Shown: in pieces, positions 29,309 through 42,200 of the stretch | Numbering within the stretch: the stretch's first letter is position 1 | Layout: each line of letters begins with the position of its first letter | Source of the DNA: Candidatus Omnitrophota bacterium | Lineage (GTDB): Bacteria > Omnitrophota > Gorgyraeia > Gygaellales > Profunditerraquicolaceae | Length of the DNA stretch: 64,000 nt | Direction: 5' to 3' | Assembly (NCBI GenBank): GCA_016208765.1 | Contig: JACQXK010000004.1 | Coordinates: 20,243-84,242, forward strand | Program-made: the position numbers and the translations under genes | Notes under the pieces: generated by a model | The model's database searches: none | What the model was told of the DNA's origin: nothing | Seen by the model: the letters and a program-made list of their open reading frames with translations, nothing else

Positions 29309-29884
29309 ATGCAGTTAAATAACAGAATCAAACAAATACGCAAAGAAAGGCAACTCTCCCGTAGAGAGCTTTACCAGAGGCTTTTTAATGTTTTTGGAAA
29401 AGATACGATCAAACCCAATTCTATATGGCGCATTGAAAGCGGGCTGACAAATCCCCAAGCATCATCACTGCACCAGCTTTGTATCGGGCTTGATATCAGC
29501 TTAAGGGAACTTCTGCAAAACGTATTACAAGAATCAAAGCTGGTTGATATCGTAAAAAGTTCCAAGCGCCTTGATCAGTTTGCTTATAACGAACTTGCGC
29601 ACGCTGAAGTCCTTAGCTCTTCTAAGATGCCTTTTTTAGCGCAGGAATTGATTTTACTTCCAGGCGGGAAAACAAATCTTGAAGAAGACCCTATTGAAAT
29701 TGGGAAATTCCAGAAGTGGATCCACTGCCTGCGGGGGGAACTCAACTGCTATATCGGCACAGAAAAACACACACTAAAAAAAGGCGACTCTCTTTCTTTT
29801 GAAAGCAACCTTCCGCATTATTTTGAAAATAATTCCAGCCGTAAAACCCGCTGTATTATCGTACAAAACCCAAAACATATTTAA
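29309..29884 (+). CDS. XRE HTH-cupin transcriptional regulator
   Basis: IKQIRKERQLS, RIESGLTNP and C-terminal LKKGDSLSFESNLPHYFEN. Confidence 0.9.
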   Translation: MQLNNRIKQIRKERQLSRRELYQRLFNVFGKDTIKPNSIWRIESGLTNPQASSLHQLCIGLDISLRELLQNVLQESKLVDIVKSSKRLDQFAYNELAHAEVLSSSKMPFLAQELILLPGGKTNLEEDPIEIGKFQKWIHCLRGELNCYIGTEKHTLKKGDSLSFESNLPHYFENNSSRKTRCIIVQNPKHI

Positions 29885-30276
29885 TTACTCTTGGGGAAGA
29901 ATTTGTTCATGCTTTTTAAGGCTACGGATATTCTCTCAAAGATTACACTGATAGTTGATGGTTTAATAATATAATCAGCCGCTCCTTCCTTGATCGCCTC
30001 GCTGGCAACCTGCCGGCTGTCCCATGCGCTGACTATGATAGCCTGGGTTTTTGAAGAAACATCCTTTGCCTGCCTCAATACATCTACCCCGGAAATCCCC
30101 GGCATTTTAATATCCAGGATCATCAAATCAATATTTCCTGTCTTTAAAATCTCAAGCGCCTTTCTGCCGTCGGGGGCGTCAAATATTTCACACTCCATAT
30201 GCCGGTTGAGATATCTTCCCAGGGTCTCCCTTGCCTCTGATTCATCATCCACTATAAGTATTCTTGGTTTTTCCAT
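29881..30276 (-). CDS. Single-domain response regulator
   Basis: ILIVDD, LDIKMP, VSAWD, IKP. Start reset to MEKPR. Confidence 0.9.
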   Translation of the reverse strand: MEKPRILIVDDESEARETLGRYLNRHMECEIFDAPDGRKALEILKTGNIDLMILDIKMPGISGVDVLRQAKDVSSKTQAIIVSAWDSRQVASEAIKEGAADYIIKPSTISVIFERISVALKSMNKFFPKSN

Positions 30277-30378
30277 AATTGTCTTTCCTTTCAACAATAT
30301 TGAAATTTCTTGCACAAATATCTTTTTATTATTATACTTAAATATGAATTACCTTGCAACCAAAAACGGAGGTTGAAA

Positions 30379-30771
30379 ATGAAAGCGAAATTAACAATGT
30401 TATTTTTATTTGCGTTATCTGTCCTGATATGCGTATCAGCCCATGCAGAAAACAACCCAAAAACAGAACCGGAGCTTTATACTCGTATAGAAATTAACGC
30501 AGGCGAAGATGTGATAATCACGCTTGATGCAAATCCTACTACAGGATATACTTGGGAGATAGCCAAACCCCTGGATAAAATTATCCTTGGAAAAATCAGC
30601 TCAAGCTATGTTCCGGAAGAAACCGGCCGAGTCGGCTCAGGAGGAAAAGAAATCTGGGTGATTAAAACATTAAAACCCGGTAAAACCAAAGCAATATTCC
30701 ACTATCTCCGCTCTTGGGAGAAAAACGTTCCACCGGTAAAAACAGAAACATTTCTGATCATTGTTAAATAA
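30379..30771 (+). CDS. Chagasin/I42 cysteine-protease inhibitor, exported
   Basis: NPTTGYTW, VGSGG and YLRSWE loops; signal peptide; GGAGG RBS. Confidence 0.9.
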   Translation: MKAKLTMLFLFALSVLICVSAHAENNPKTEPELYTRIEINAGEDVIITLDANPTTGYTWEIAKPLDKIILGKISSSYVPEETGRVGSGGKEIWVIKTLKPGKTKAIFHYLRSWEKNVPPVKTETFLIIVK

Positions 30772-32433
30772 CTATTTATCGTAGGAAGAATAATAATACG
30801 GCGTGAAGGCCTGAAATTCAGCAGCACAGGTATCCACGAGCTTAAAGGCAGGCTCAATATTATATTTCTTTCGCAGGCTGAAAATCTCTTCTTCTTTCTT
30901 TCCCAAAATTTTTGCCAACTGACGGTCAGAGAACCCAAACTCCTTGGCTTTTTTCAATATCGTTTCGTTTAAGTTATCCTTACTCAGGCAGATCTCTTTT
31001 TCACATTCAATAATTTCTTTAATGTTATGCAAAAACCAGCGGTCAATTTTAGTTAACTCATGTATTTTCTCAATATCCATTCCTGCTCGGAAAGCATCTC
31101 CCACATAAAAAATCCTTTCGGCATTAGGAACCCTTAATTTCTGCAAGATTTCTTCCATCGTTCCATTTTGGATTTCAATATCAAGAAGCGAGTTAAAAAG
31201 CATGCTTTCCAAGCCAAACTTTTTAATCTCAAGAGAGCGCAGCCCTTTTTGCAGAGCCTCCTTAAAGGTCCTGCCGATAGACATTGCCTCTCCCACTGAC
31301 TTCATGGAAACAGTAAGGGTTGAATCTGCGGAAGCGAATTTCTCAAAAGTAAACCGGGGAATCTTAACCACGCAATAATCTATTGCCGGCTCAAAACAGG
31401 CAGGCGTTTCTTTGGTAATATCGTTAGGAATTTCATCAAGTGTGAAACCAACAGCAAGCTTTGCGGCAATTTTTGCAATTGGAAAACCTGTGGCCTTGCT
31501 CGCTAAAGCAGAGCTGCGTGAAACTCGCGGGTTCATTTCAATAATTACCATCCTGCCATTTTCAGGGTTAAGCGCAAATTGTATGTTTGAACCTCCGGTT
31601 TCAACGCCGATTTCCCTGATACAGGCAATTGCCGCGTCGCGCATCTTCTGATATTCCCTGTCAGTTAACGTCTGAACAGGCGCCACAGTAATGCTGTCTC
31701 CGGTGTGAACTCCCATTGGATCAAAATTCTCAATAGAACAGATAATTACCACATTATCCTTTAAATCACGCATGACCTCTAATTCAAATTCTTTCCATCC
31801 GACAACAGATTCCTCAATAAGAATTTCGCTGATCATGCTCGCCTCAAGCCCGCGTTTGGCCAAACCCCTGAATTCTTCCAAATTATAAGCAACACTTCCT
31901 CCTGTTCCCCCCAAAGTAAAGCTGGGACGGATTATTACAGGAAAACCGATTCGTTTTGCTACTTCAATTGCATCTTCAAGATTATATGCTTTGTCGCTTT
32001 TAGGAAGATCCAGCCCGATTTTCTCCATTGCCTGCTTAAAGAGCCTTCTATCTTCCCCCTTTTTAATTGCTTTAATATTTGCTCCGATAGTTTCCACTTT
32101 ATATTTTTTTAACACACCCGCTTTATCCAAATTCACTGCCGCATTCAAGGCAGTCTGCCCGCCTAACGTCGGAAGCAGGGCATCCGGACGCTCTTTGGCA
32201 ATTATCTTTGTGATTGCATCAACAGTAATCGGCTCAATATAAGTTTTGTCCGCCAATTCAGGATCAGTCATAATTGTAGCAGGATTTGAATTTACCAAGA
32301 CCACTTCAAAACCTTCCTGTTTTAAAACCTTGCAGGCCTGAGTGCCGGAATAATCAAACTCGCATGCTTGCCCGATGACAATCGGGCCTGAGCCGATAAT
32401 TAGGATTTTTTTGATATCTGTTCTTTTAGGCAT
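30772..32433 (-). CDS. carB: Carbamoyl-phosphate synthase large subunit, N-terminal half only (553 aa)
   Basis: [30 protein letters not shown]...DTCAAEF..TPYYYS followed by a stop. Confidence 0.95.
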   Translation of the reverse strand: MPKRTDIKKILIIGSGPIVIGQACEFDYSGTQACKVLKQEGFEVVLVNSNPATIMTDPELADKTYIEPITVDAITKIIAKERPDALLPTLGGQTALNAAVNLDKAGVLKKYKVETIGANIKAIKKGEDRRLFKQAMEKIGLDLPKSDKAYNLEDAIEVAKRIGFPVIIRPSFTLGGTGGSVAYNLEEFRGLAKRGLEASMISEILIEESVVGWKEFELEVMRDLKDNVVIICSIENFDPMGVHTGDSITVAPVQTLTDREYQKMRDAAIACIREIGVETGGSNIQFALNPENGRMVIIEMNPRVSRSSALASKATGFPIAKIAAKLAVGFTLDEIPNDITKETPACFEPAIDYCVVKIPRFTFEKFASADSTLTVSMKSVGEAMSIGRTFKEALQKGLRSLEIKKFGLESMLFNSLLDIEIQNGTMEEILQKLRVPNAERIFYVGDAFRAGMDIEKIHELTKIDRWFLHNIKEIIECEKEICLSKDNLNETILKKAKEFGFSDRQLAKILGKKEEEIFSLRKKYNIEPAFKLVDTCAAEFQAFTPYYYSSYDK

Positions 32434-32445
32434 AGGAATAACATT

Positions 32446-35135
<2,690 letters not shown>

Positions 35136-35137
35136 CT

Positions 35138-35246
35138 AAAAATAAAAGCGTTTAGTGATGGTGGATCCACCTCTAAACGCCCTTGTTTAATGAAATTGCT
35201 CTCCAGTGACCACTTAAAATTATAACATACAAAAAGCATAAGTCAA
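35138..35246 (-). promoter_or_regulatory. pyrG promoter plus leader terminator (attenuator)
   Basis: TTGACT-16-TATAAT (35219-35246), then GCGTTTAG-AGGTGGATCCACCATCA-CTAAACGC-TTTTATTTTT before the RBS. Confidence 0.7.
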
Positions 35247-35252
35247 CCACTT

Positions 35253-36581
35253 TTACCCCAAGGCCGTGTATTGCTTGCCGTCGCCTAAAGGATTAAGCCA
35301 GCGCTTGATCTTAAGAGCAGATTTGGTTTCTTTTAAATCTATTTTTTCTTTCTTGTCCTGAGGAAAAACAACTTCAACCTTGGGAGAAAAAATATCATCT
35401 TCATTCTCTTCTCTTACTATCGCTATCCGCGAATCAGAAAGCTCAAGCAATGTGCCCACCGGCCAGACACCTATTATCCTGAAAAATTTGTCCAAAAGCT
35501 CCGGGTGAAAAAACGCCCCTTTTTCTTTCATCATAATTTCATAGATCATGTCCGGAGGATAATCATTTTTATAAGACCTTCTTTGAGAAAGGGCGTCATA
35601 AACATCACAGATACAAACGATCATAGAAGCAACATGCAATCGGTGGCTAAAAGCTAACTTTGGATACCCTGATAAATCATACCTTAAGTGATGTTCAAAA
35701 CATACCACCGCCGGCAGAATTCCAAGCGTACCTGCATACCTCAACATAATCTCTGTGCCGGCAAGGACATGGCTCCTGACATTTTGCCATTCCTCTTCGT
35801 TTAATACACCCGGTTTTCTGATAATTTTACGGGAAATGTAAATCTTTCCAATATCATGAAAAAGAGCAGCCGTGCCGATATCTATTGAATCTGCTTTTGA
35901 AAAACCAAATTTTACAGAAAAATACATTGAAAGCACTGCTGTATTTAACATGTGGGTAAAACTGCTTGTATCGTACCTTTTTACTGTGGCAAGATTTAAA
36001 AGTTCCTGGTATCGGCCAACAAGCCCTTCCATCACATCATTAATAGTATGACGCAGTAAAAGCGTATTAACCTCTTTTTGCTCAAGTATAGCCTCCAAGG
36101 GGCCGGACAATTTATCTAAAGTACCCCTGTAGTCGGCAAGGTTTAACCCCTTATCAACATCAGCGCCGGCCGCGGCTTTAATCTTTCCAACAATAATATT
36201 TTCCACACCTGAATTTTCCAGTAGCTCCTGCATCTGTGCCTTATTTTCGCCTTTAGGCATAAGCAAGCAATTGATAAATTTAACCAGCTCATCAGCTGCT
36301 ACCTGCCTGCGGATCTCTATTCTTTCAACACCCTGCTGGGCTAAAAATAAAATCATCTGTTTAAGAACCTTGCTCAATTCAAAAAATATTTCTTTCTGAA
36401 AGATCAATTCTTCGCCGACAATTCCCATAACAAGAGGATCATGTAACTTTAAGGCCTCCTGCAAACTGGCATAAGCCTTCTCAAGCGCCTTTTTAAACTG
36501 CGGGTGCCACTCCGAATAAAGCCGCGCTGTCTGCAAAACAGAAAACAAATCTTTAAATGAATTTTCAACTATTTCGTTCAT
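35253..36581 (-). CDS. HD-GYP phosphodiesterase with an uncharacterised N-terminal domain
   Basis: FTH..N, HDIGK, EHHLRYDLSGYP, DVYDAL..RSYK, PVGT. Confidence 0.9.
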   Translation of the reverse strand: MNEIVENSFKDLFSVLQTARLYSEWHPQFKKALEKAYASLQEALKLHDPLVMGIVGEELIFQKEIFFELSKVLKQMILFLAQQGVERIEIRRQVAADELVKFINCLLMPKGENKAQMQELLENSGVENIIVGKIKAAAGADVDKGLNLADYRGTLDKLSGPLEAILEQKEVNTLLLRHTINDVMEGLVGRYQELLNLATVKRYDTSSFTHMLNTAVLSMYFSVKFGFSKADSIDIGTAALFHDIGKIYISRKIIRKPGVLNEEEWQNVRSHVLAGTEIMLRYAGTLGILPAVVCFEHHLRYDLSGYPKLAFSHRLHVASMIVCICDVYDALSQRRSYKNDYPPDMIYEIMMKEKGAFFHPELLDKFFRIIGVWPVGTLLELSDSRIAIVREENEDDIFSPKVEVVFPQDKKEKIDLKETKSALKIKRWLNPLGDGKQYTALG

Positions 36582-38499
36582 GTAAATTTTTTAAGGCCTC
36601 TTTTGCCTTCTTTCTTAATCCGCTATTCCAAAAAAACGGCCTCTTTGAAAGAATCTCTAAATATTTCTCCAGCCCGGCAAAATTCAATTTCTCTGCTATT
36701 GCCATATTTTCAAGAATAAGTTCATTCTTGGTGCCAAAGGGGCTGTTAATCAAAAGAATTTTATCTAACACAGTTTCTCTCTGGGAATCATTTCCGGATA
36801 AAACTGCTAACGCCTCTTTACGCAACGAAGCATTTTCAAGCTTTAACACCGAAAACAAAAAATCTCTATTTAAGGAAGAAACATCCTTGAGCGATTGCAG
36901 GACTTCTCTTTTTATTACATTATTGGGAAATGAAAAAATAAACCTCTTGATTTCAAAGGAAACGGAGGAATCAACATATTCAAGGCTGCTTAGGAACTTA
37001 TGCAAAAAGTCAAGATCAGTTTGCTTGCGGCCAAGCTGCTGAAAAACCAAGGATAAACTACCGGGAAACAATCCTAAAAGCAACTTTACCGAAAAATGGT
37101 TAACTTTCCCTTCTAAAAATATCTGATTTAAATAATATTCAATGTTAAAAGAGCTCTTCTCTATGCCTTTAACCAAGTATGCAAGATTTTCCGGCAAGGC
37201 CTCATCAAAAACCGCCTTCTCCGTAAAACTCGCAATTTTCCCGGCGATATCTTCAAAAGGTTTATTTAATCCGTTTTCCCGATTCTTTTTTTTGTGAACA
37301 AGCTTCAAGATAAGCCTCAAATGATCAAAGTTCTTTTCTGCGATCAGGCGGTCGCATTCCTCTGAAAGGTATTTTAAAGCCTGCGCCAATTTATCGTCGT
37401 TATCTTCCATACTAACGGTATTTAAAAGCACAAAAAAGAAATTTTCCTGCAAGGCCTTGCGGTCAAAAACAAAATCAGTGTCCTGCGCCTGTTGCCGGGA
37501 TAAAGATGAAAAAACATGCCGGTAGAATTCAGGCAAAAACACAGTTTCAGGATTATCAAAAAGCTCCCGGATTTTCTTTCTTATTTTCGGATTATCCTGC
37601 AGAATCTTTGCGCTTTTTGCTTTTTCTTCCAGGCTCATCGCAATGCCATTGTGCATTTTGACATCAACAAGCTGATAAAATACCTTGAAACTTAAAGAAT
37701 CAAATTTATCATTATTGACAATTTCTTCCCAAAGAAACCCGGAGAAATCTTCTTTACCTAAATACCCCAGGAGCTCTTTAAACTTGCCTAATTTATTTTC
37801 TTCAGAAATATCTTTATCACGGAGTATCAGCCTAAAAAGATCCTTGGTGCATTCAAGAAATTTGTCCTTGTCTTTATCTTTTAAATAAGAAAGAAAGTTG
37901 TAAACACTCTGCCTTAATTCTTCATCTTTATATAGATCCGAGATTTTAAAACGGGTGATAATAGCATTGAAGTTACCGGCAATTTCATCTATCTTGCTCC
38001 GGCTTTCTTGCTTAACCGCACTTCCAAATAAATAAGCCCAGATGTCTTTGGCTTGCTCTCCGGAGTCTTTTAAAAGCTCAGAATAATCTAATTCTTCAAT
38101 AACGATTGAACTGCCTGCAGGATTTTCTGACGGCAAACCGAGGCGCCCCTGTTTTAATGCTTCTTTTATGGGAAGAGATATTTTATTCAGAAAATCTATC
38201 AGCTGGTCTTGTGTCAGGCCGCGCCTAAACTCTACACTTTTAATCTTATGCAAATGCATTAATTGCGCCAGTTCCACATATAGAGGTGAATTTTGATAAG
38301 ATTTTACACCGATAAGAATAGACTTGGGCGTAATATTAATTTTTAAAACAGGAATTAACTGCAGCAGGTTATCTAATTGTAATTTAAAGGCTGCGGCGGA
38401 TTTAATAAAATAAGGATGGGTCTTGGGATAGGCCGAGGCGTTATTAATGACAATACGCAGGCCCTTAAAGAAATCTATCAGGGCTTGGTCTTTATCCAT
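36565..38499 (-). CDS. Large helical (HEAT-like) protein, partner of the HD-GYP gene
   Basis: Helical repeat pattern; N-terminal YP..HP domain similar to that of the HD-GYP neighbour. Confidence 0.7.
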   Translation of the reverse strand: MDKDQALIDFFKGLRIVINNASAYPKTHPYFIKSAAAFKLQLDNLLQLIPVLKINITPKSILIGVKSYQNSPLYVELAQLMHLHKIKSVEFRRGLTQDQLIDFLNKISLPIKEALKQGRLGLPSENPAGSSIVIEELDYSELLKDSGEQAKDIWAYLFGSAVKQESRSKIDEIAGNFNAIITRFKISDLYKDEELRQSVYNFLSYLKDKDKDKFLECTKDLFRLILRDKDISEENKLGKFKELLGYLGKEDFSGFLWEEIVNNDKFDSLSFKVFYQLVDVKMHNGIAMSLEEKAKSAKILQDNPKIRKKIRELFDNPETVFLPEFYRHVFSSLSRQQAQDTDFVFDRKALQENFFFVLLNTVSMEDNDDKLAQALKYLSEECDRLIAEKNFDHLRLILKLVHKKKNRENGLNKPFEDIAGKIASFTEKAVFDEALPENLAYLVKGIEKSSFNIEYYLNQIFLEGKVNHFSVKLLLGLFPGSLSLVFQQLGRKQTDLDFLHKFLSSLEYVDSSVSFEIKRFIFSFPNNVIKREVLQSLKDVSSLNRDFLFSVLKLENASLRKEALAVLSGNDSQRETVLDKILLINSPFGTKNELILENMAIAEKLNFAGLEKYLEILSKRPFFWNSGLRKKAKEALKNLHERNS

Positions 38500-38525
38500 A
38501 GGCTACTGGCACGCCTGCAAGAAAA

Positions 38526-38762
38526 TCATTTCATTTCGTTATTCTTAACAATCTGGATATTTATGCTCTTATTCTTCAGAAACTCAAATACCTTCTTCAG
38601 CTCTTCATCGCTGCCTTCAATGCCTAAGATCGCCCATCCGGAATAAGTGGAAAATGAAGCCTCAAGTATATTCAGGTTAATTTCAAATTGTTTACAAAGG
38701 CTGCAAATTACGGAATCATCTTTGAGTTGCCCGGGGAAAGTCAAACCAATAACCATTTGCAT
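38526..38762 (-). CDS. Stand-alone NIL-domain protein
   Basis: LTFP...VICSL...NLNILEAS...GWAILGIEG. Start reset to ATG 38762 after AAGGAG. Confidence 0.8.
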   Translation of the reverse strand: MQMVIGLTFPGQLKDDSVICSLCKQFEINLNILEASFSTYSGWAILGIEGSDEELKKVFEFLKNKSINIQIVKNNEMK

Positions 38763-38883
38763 ATTTTTATTCTCCTTTAAAAAATATTTTAGCGGATAAA
38801 CCAGCGCAGTCAAGCTATTTAACAAGAAATAATTTTTATTAATCCTGCTCGGTTTATGTTTCTTGGAACACTTTGAGTATTCG

Positions 38884-39040
38884 GGTGACAAGGCATATTT
38901 CTCGCAGCACCGCTTGATTTCTCCCTGCGTGGAAAATCTTCGCTCGGGCGAAAGCTCTTGCTCTCGCCAACTATGCAATAGCGGGCGAACCATGCCCGCA
39001 AGAGCTTTCTAACGTGCTGCTTAAAACATGCCTTGTCACC
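38884..39040 (-). repeat. Repeat family B, copy 1 (multi-stem structured element)
   Basis: Terminal GGTGACAAGGCAT inverted repeat and GCAGCAC/GTGCTGC stem. Core shared with 60458-60624. Confidence 0.85.
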
Positions 39041-39051
39041 AAATTATCTAA

Positions 39052-39137
39052 AGCAACAAAAGTTTCTGTGAGCACACAATCAGAGATTTCTTGGCAACGG
39101 CAAAAAATCTCGCGTGCGAACAGAAACTTTTATTGCT
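39052..39137 (-). repeat. Repeat family A, copy 3 (opposite orientation)
   Basis: Its reverse complement aligns along the whole of 28369-28455. Confidence 0.85.
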
Positions 39138-39248
39138 GGATTGTTTTGTGCTGTCAGCAAAAATAGAGAAATATAAATTACCAAATTAAAAACCCAAGCT
39201 GCAAAAACAACTTGGGTTTTTAAGGTTGCATATATTAAACTAACGCGT

Positions 39249-42200
39249 TTAGATTGAATCAATAATTAGTGATACTTTCATTAAATCCTCATCACTTTCC
39301 ACGCTATTTGCTTCATCCAACTTGTAAGTCTTAACCACAGCTAAAGCCAAATCTTGAACGTGGCGCGACAACTCTTTTCTCTGAATACATGAGCTTGCCA
39401 CCATTGCAAACCTCTGGGAATTCGGCCTGATCCCTGCTTCAAGCATCTTGTTTATCTGACGCAGTTCATCATCAATATCCATATTCCTATCTGCCTGCGG
39501 CAACTGCAGGTTCAGCTTTGCAAAATTTCCCATAGGTTGGGCGATGATATTAATGGCACGAAAATCTATACCGCCTACACTGCTATTCTTTGCTTCTACC
39601 GCCGAAGAAGCAGTATCTCTAAGATAAGCCTGGAGAAAATCGCACAGCTCTGACATTGGTTCTGTAAAGGCACGAGCATCCGGATGTTTTCCTTCATTTT
39701 TAATATTGTATTTTATTTCCCGTATACAGGGAAAAAATTGAGTAGAGATTAACCAACGGAGTTTTGACTCCATATTAACTCCACCAAAATTAACTCCCCT
39801 GTCTTTTCCTAATTGAAATACAAGTGCACTCAATAAACCATCTTCTAAAAAGGAATCGAGATTATCGGGAAAATGCCGGCCAAATTGGATAGCGGCCTTT
39901 ATGAGAATAACTACATCGCGATTAGTAACTTGTTCATCTTGAGAGGGCATTTTAACAAGCCTGCTTAGCCATTGCTCAAAAATTCGTATGATACTGTCCC
40001 GGTACAACCAAGATTCTTTATTCATCATGTGCCTATCAAGAATCGTAGGCACAGCCTGAATCATCTCATCAGCAAATTCTCTACTTTGCTGCTGTGCAAA
40101 CTTATCAATTCCATCCTTAAACACTCCAGGTGTTTCATAATATTTTTTTACTCTTTGATAATATTTTTCAACTTCTCCGGGAGTAGGCGAACGGCCAAAA
40201 TCAACAAAAAACCTATGAACCAAAGGCACAAGATACAATTTCGCAAATTCAGCTCTTTGTTCCTGATTCCAATATTTTGTATCTGGATTATTAAGAGTTT
40301 GAACAAGTATTATGGACAGCTTTAATATACCATCAGGTGACTGGAAAGTTTTTTCATCGTCTACCTCCAATAACGAAGAGACTACATCCTCTCCCGCTTC
40401 CGCCGCCGAGCTGGCATATTGCTGCTCGTAAATTTGCTTAGACCGGGCAAAAACCACCATTAACCTTGCCAAATTCTTTATTTCTGTAGCATCCGGGACA
40501 AACATTGTAACTGATTCTGTGTTTACTTCGCTAAACCTGTCAGCATAAGCCATTGCATAAATTCCGTCTACTTCTGAAGGATACAAACCATGCAAATAAA
40601 CAGGGACATTGCCATCAGATTTAATCAAAATCTCAGTTTCCTTTACCTTATTCAGATCCTTTACCGAAGTCATTATTACCTCAAAAGACAAATCCACTCC
40701 GCCTGCAGTCAACTGCCGGCTCTTATGCTGTTCTCCGGGGCAAAAACCAAAACGGTCAAATCCTAAAAATGCTAAATATTTCTTGAAGATTTCTGTAAGG
40801 CTGTTCCTATCCTCATAAAGTACAACGTTAAAAGTTTTTCCTGAATTGGCCGCCTTCAGGCGTAAGGCTGCCAATTGTCTTGCAGTTTGTTCTTCAGTTT
40901 GGCTTAATCTTACTTGAGCGGAAGACTGTAAAATTAAATCTAATAAACGTTTCATTTGTTTCTCTTTATCTTCCATCTGGGAAAATTCATTTAGCGGAAC
41001 TCCCAGCGGTTCGCTTTGCCCCATTTGTTCAAGCTGCTTAAGAAACCTGTGTATATGCTCTAACCTAACCGTGCTCACATCCACAGGTGTTGACGGCTCT
41101 TTTAATAACCTTGTCAGATCGTTTAGAAGGCTACGCGTTGTATCTCCGGAAACAAAACCATCTCCATTACGTAAGCCATTGGCACGCAAAAGAGCTCCGT
41201 CAGCTACAAGCATTTCGTTTTCAACATATGTATGCTCTCTCTGCGCCTCATCTCTAACCGGAAGACCATTTACATCTTTATTTCCTTTTCTGTTAAACGC
41301 GTTAAATCCTCTTCCTTCACGCACCAATGCCTTGGCACCCTCAACATCAGGCTGGCGAAAAGGAGTTATATCATTAAAAATCTCATGCAATTTCTTTAAT
41401 GCCTCAAACTGCGCATCACCCTGTTTTGGGCCCTGCATAATTTTGACAATATTCGCTGGATTAGAAAGATCAACCTCCTGCAAAGACTTATCGGCTTTCT
41501 GTTTTTCCCTGAGTACCTCAGCAGTAGTCAACATGCCATATCTAACAGTAAGGTTTTCCACAAACTGGACGTACTTACCCAATTCTCTTTCAGAGATAGA
41601 TTTCATCTTGTATCTAATCACTAAATCATTCGGCCCTGCACCAACATCTATTGGCTCCTGGCCTTCAAGATCAATCACAAAATAAGCCTTTCTTCCAATA
41701 CCAGGAATGTTACTAAACGCCCGCTTTACATGCGCAGAGTCAAAATTGTATGTCTGCAAGCCCTGCGGCATGCCCATCTTTCTTCCCTTACCTGTACTCT
41801 CCGGTATAAGCTGCTCTAAAAGCTCAGTTGGCCGCGAAAAAACCAAACCATTGGGTGCAGTAATTACAAAATGATGAATATCTCTCCGGTAAAGCTCTTC
41901 GGCAAATTTTGCGCTCTCTGAGGTACCGGCTCTTTGCTCCTGGGCTTCTTCTCTGGCGCCTGCTAATATCTCTTCTGCGTCCATGCCTAAAAGCACAGCA
42001 TAAGTCAAAGAAGCAGGGCTTACTCCTTGAAACCTGCCTCCTAAATTATCCAACATCAAAATTGAAGCCACTTCATTTTCGTTACCGTCAAAAAGCTGCT
42101 TTAAGAAGCCTTTTCTGAATTGATCCAAACGGCTGCCTTTTTTCTGCTCTTGATCATATTTACCGGTAGTCATGATCATATTACTAAATACAGTTTTAAG

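Noticed and set aside
35195-35220. PyrR-binding loop upstream of pyrG
   Set aside because: It only partly resembles ARUCCNGNGAGGYU, and the TTTAA part would lie upstream of the predicted TSS.
38763-39262. N-terminal extension of the NIL ORF and ORFs 38819-39001 and 39080-39262
   Set aside because: They run through repeat families A and B. The NIL gene has its own RBS and ATG at 38762.
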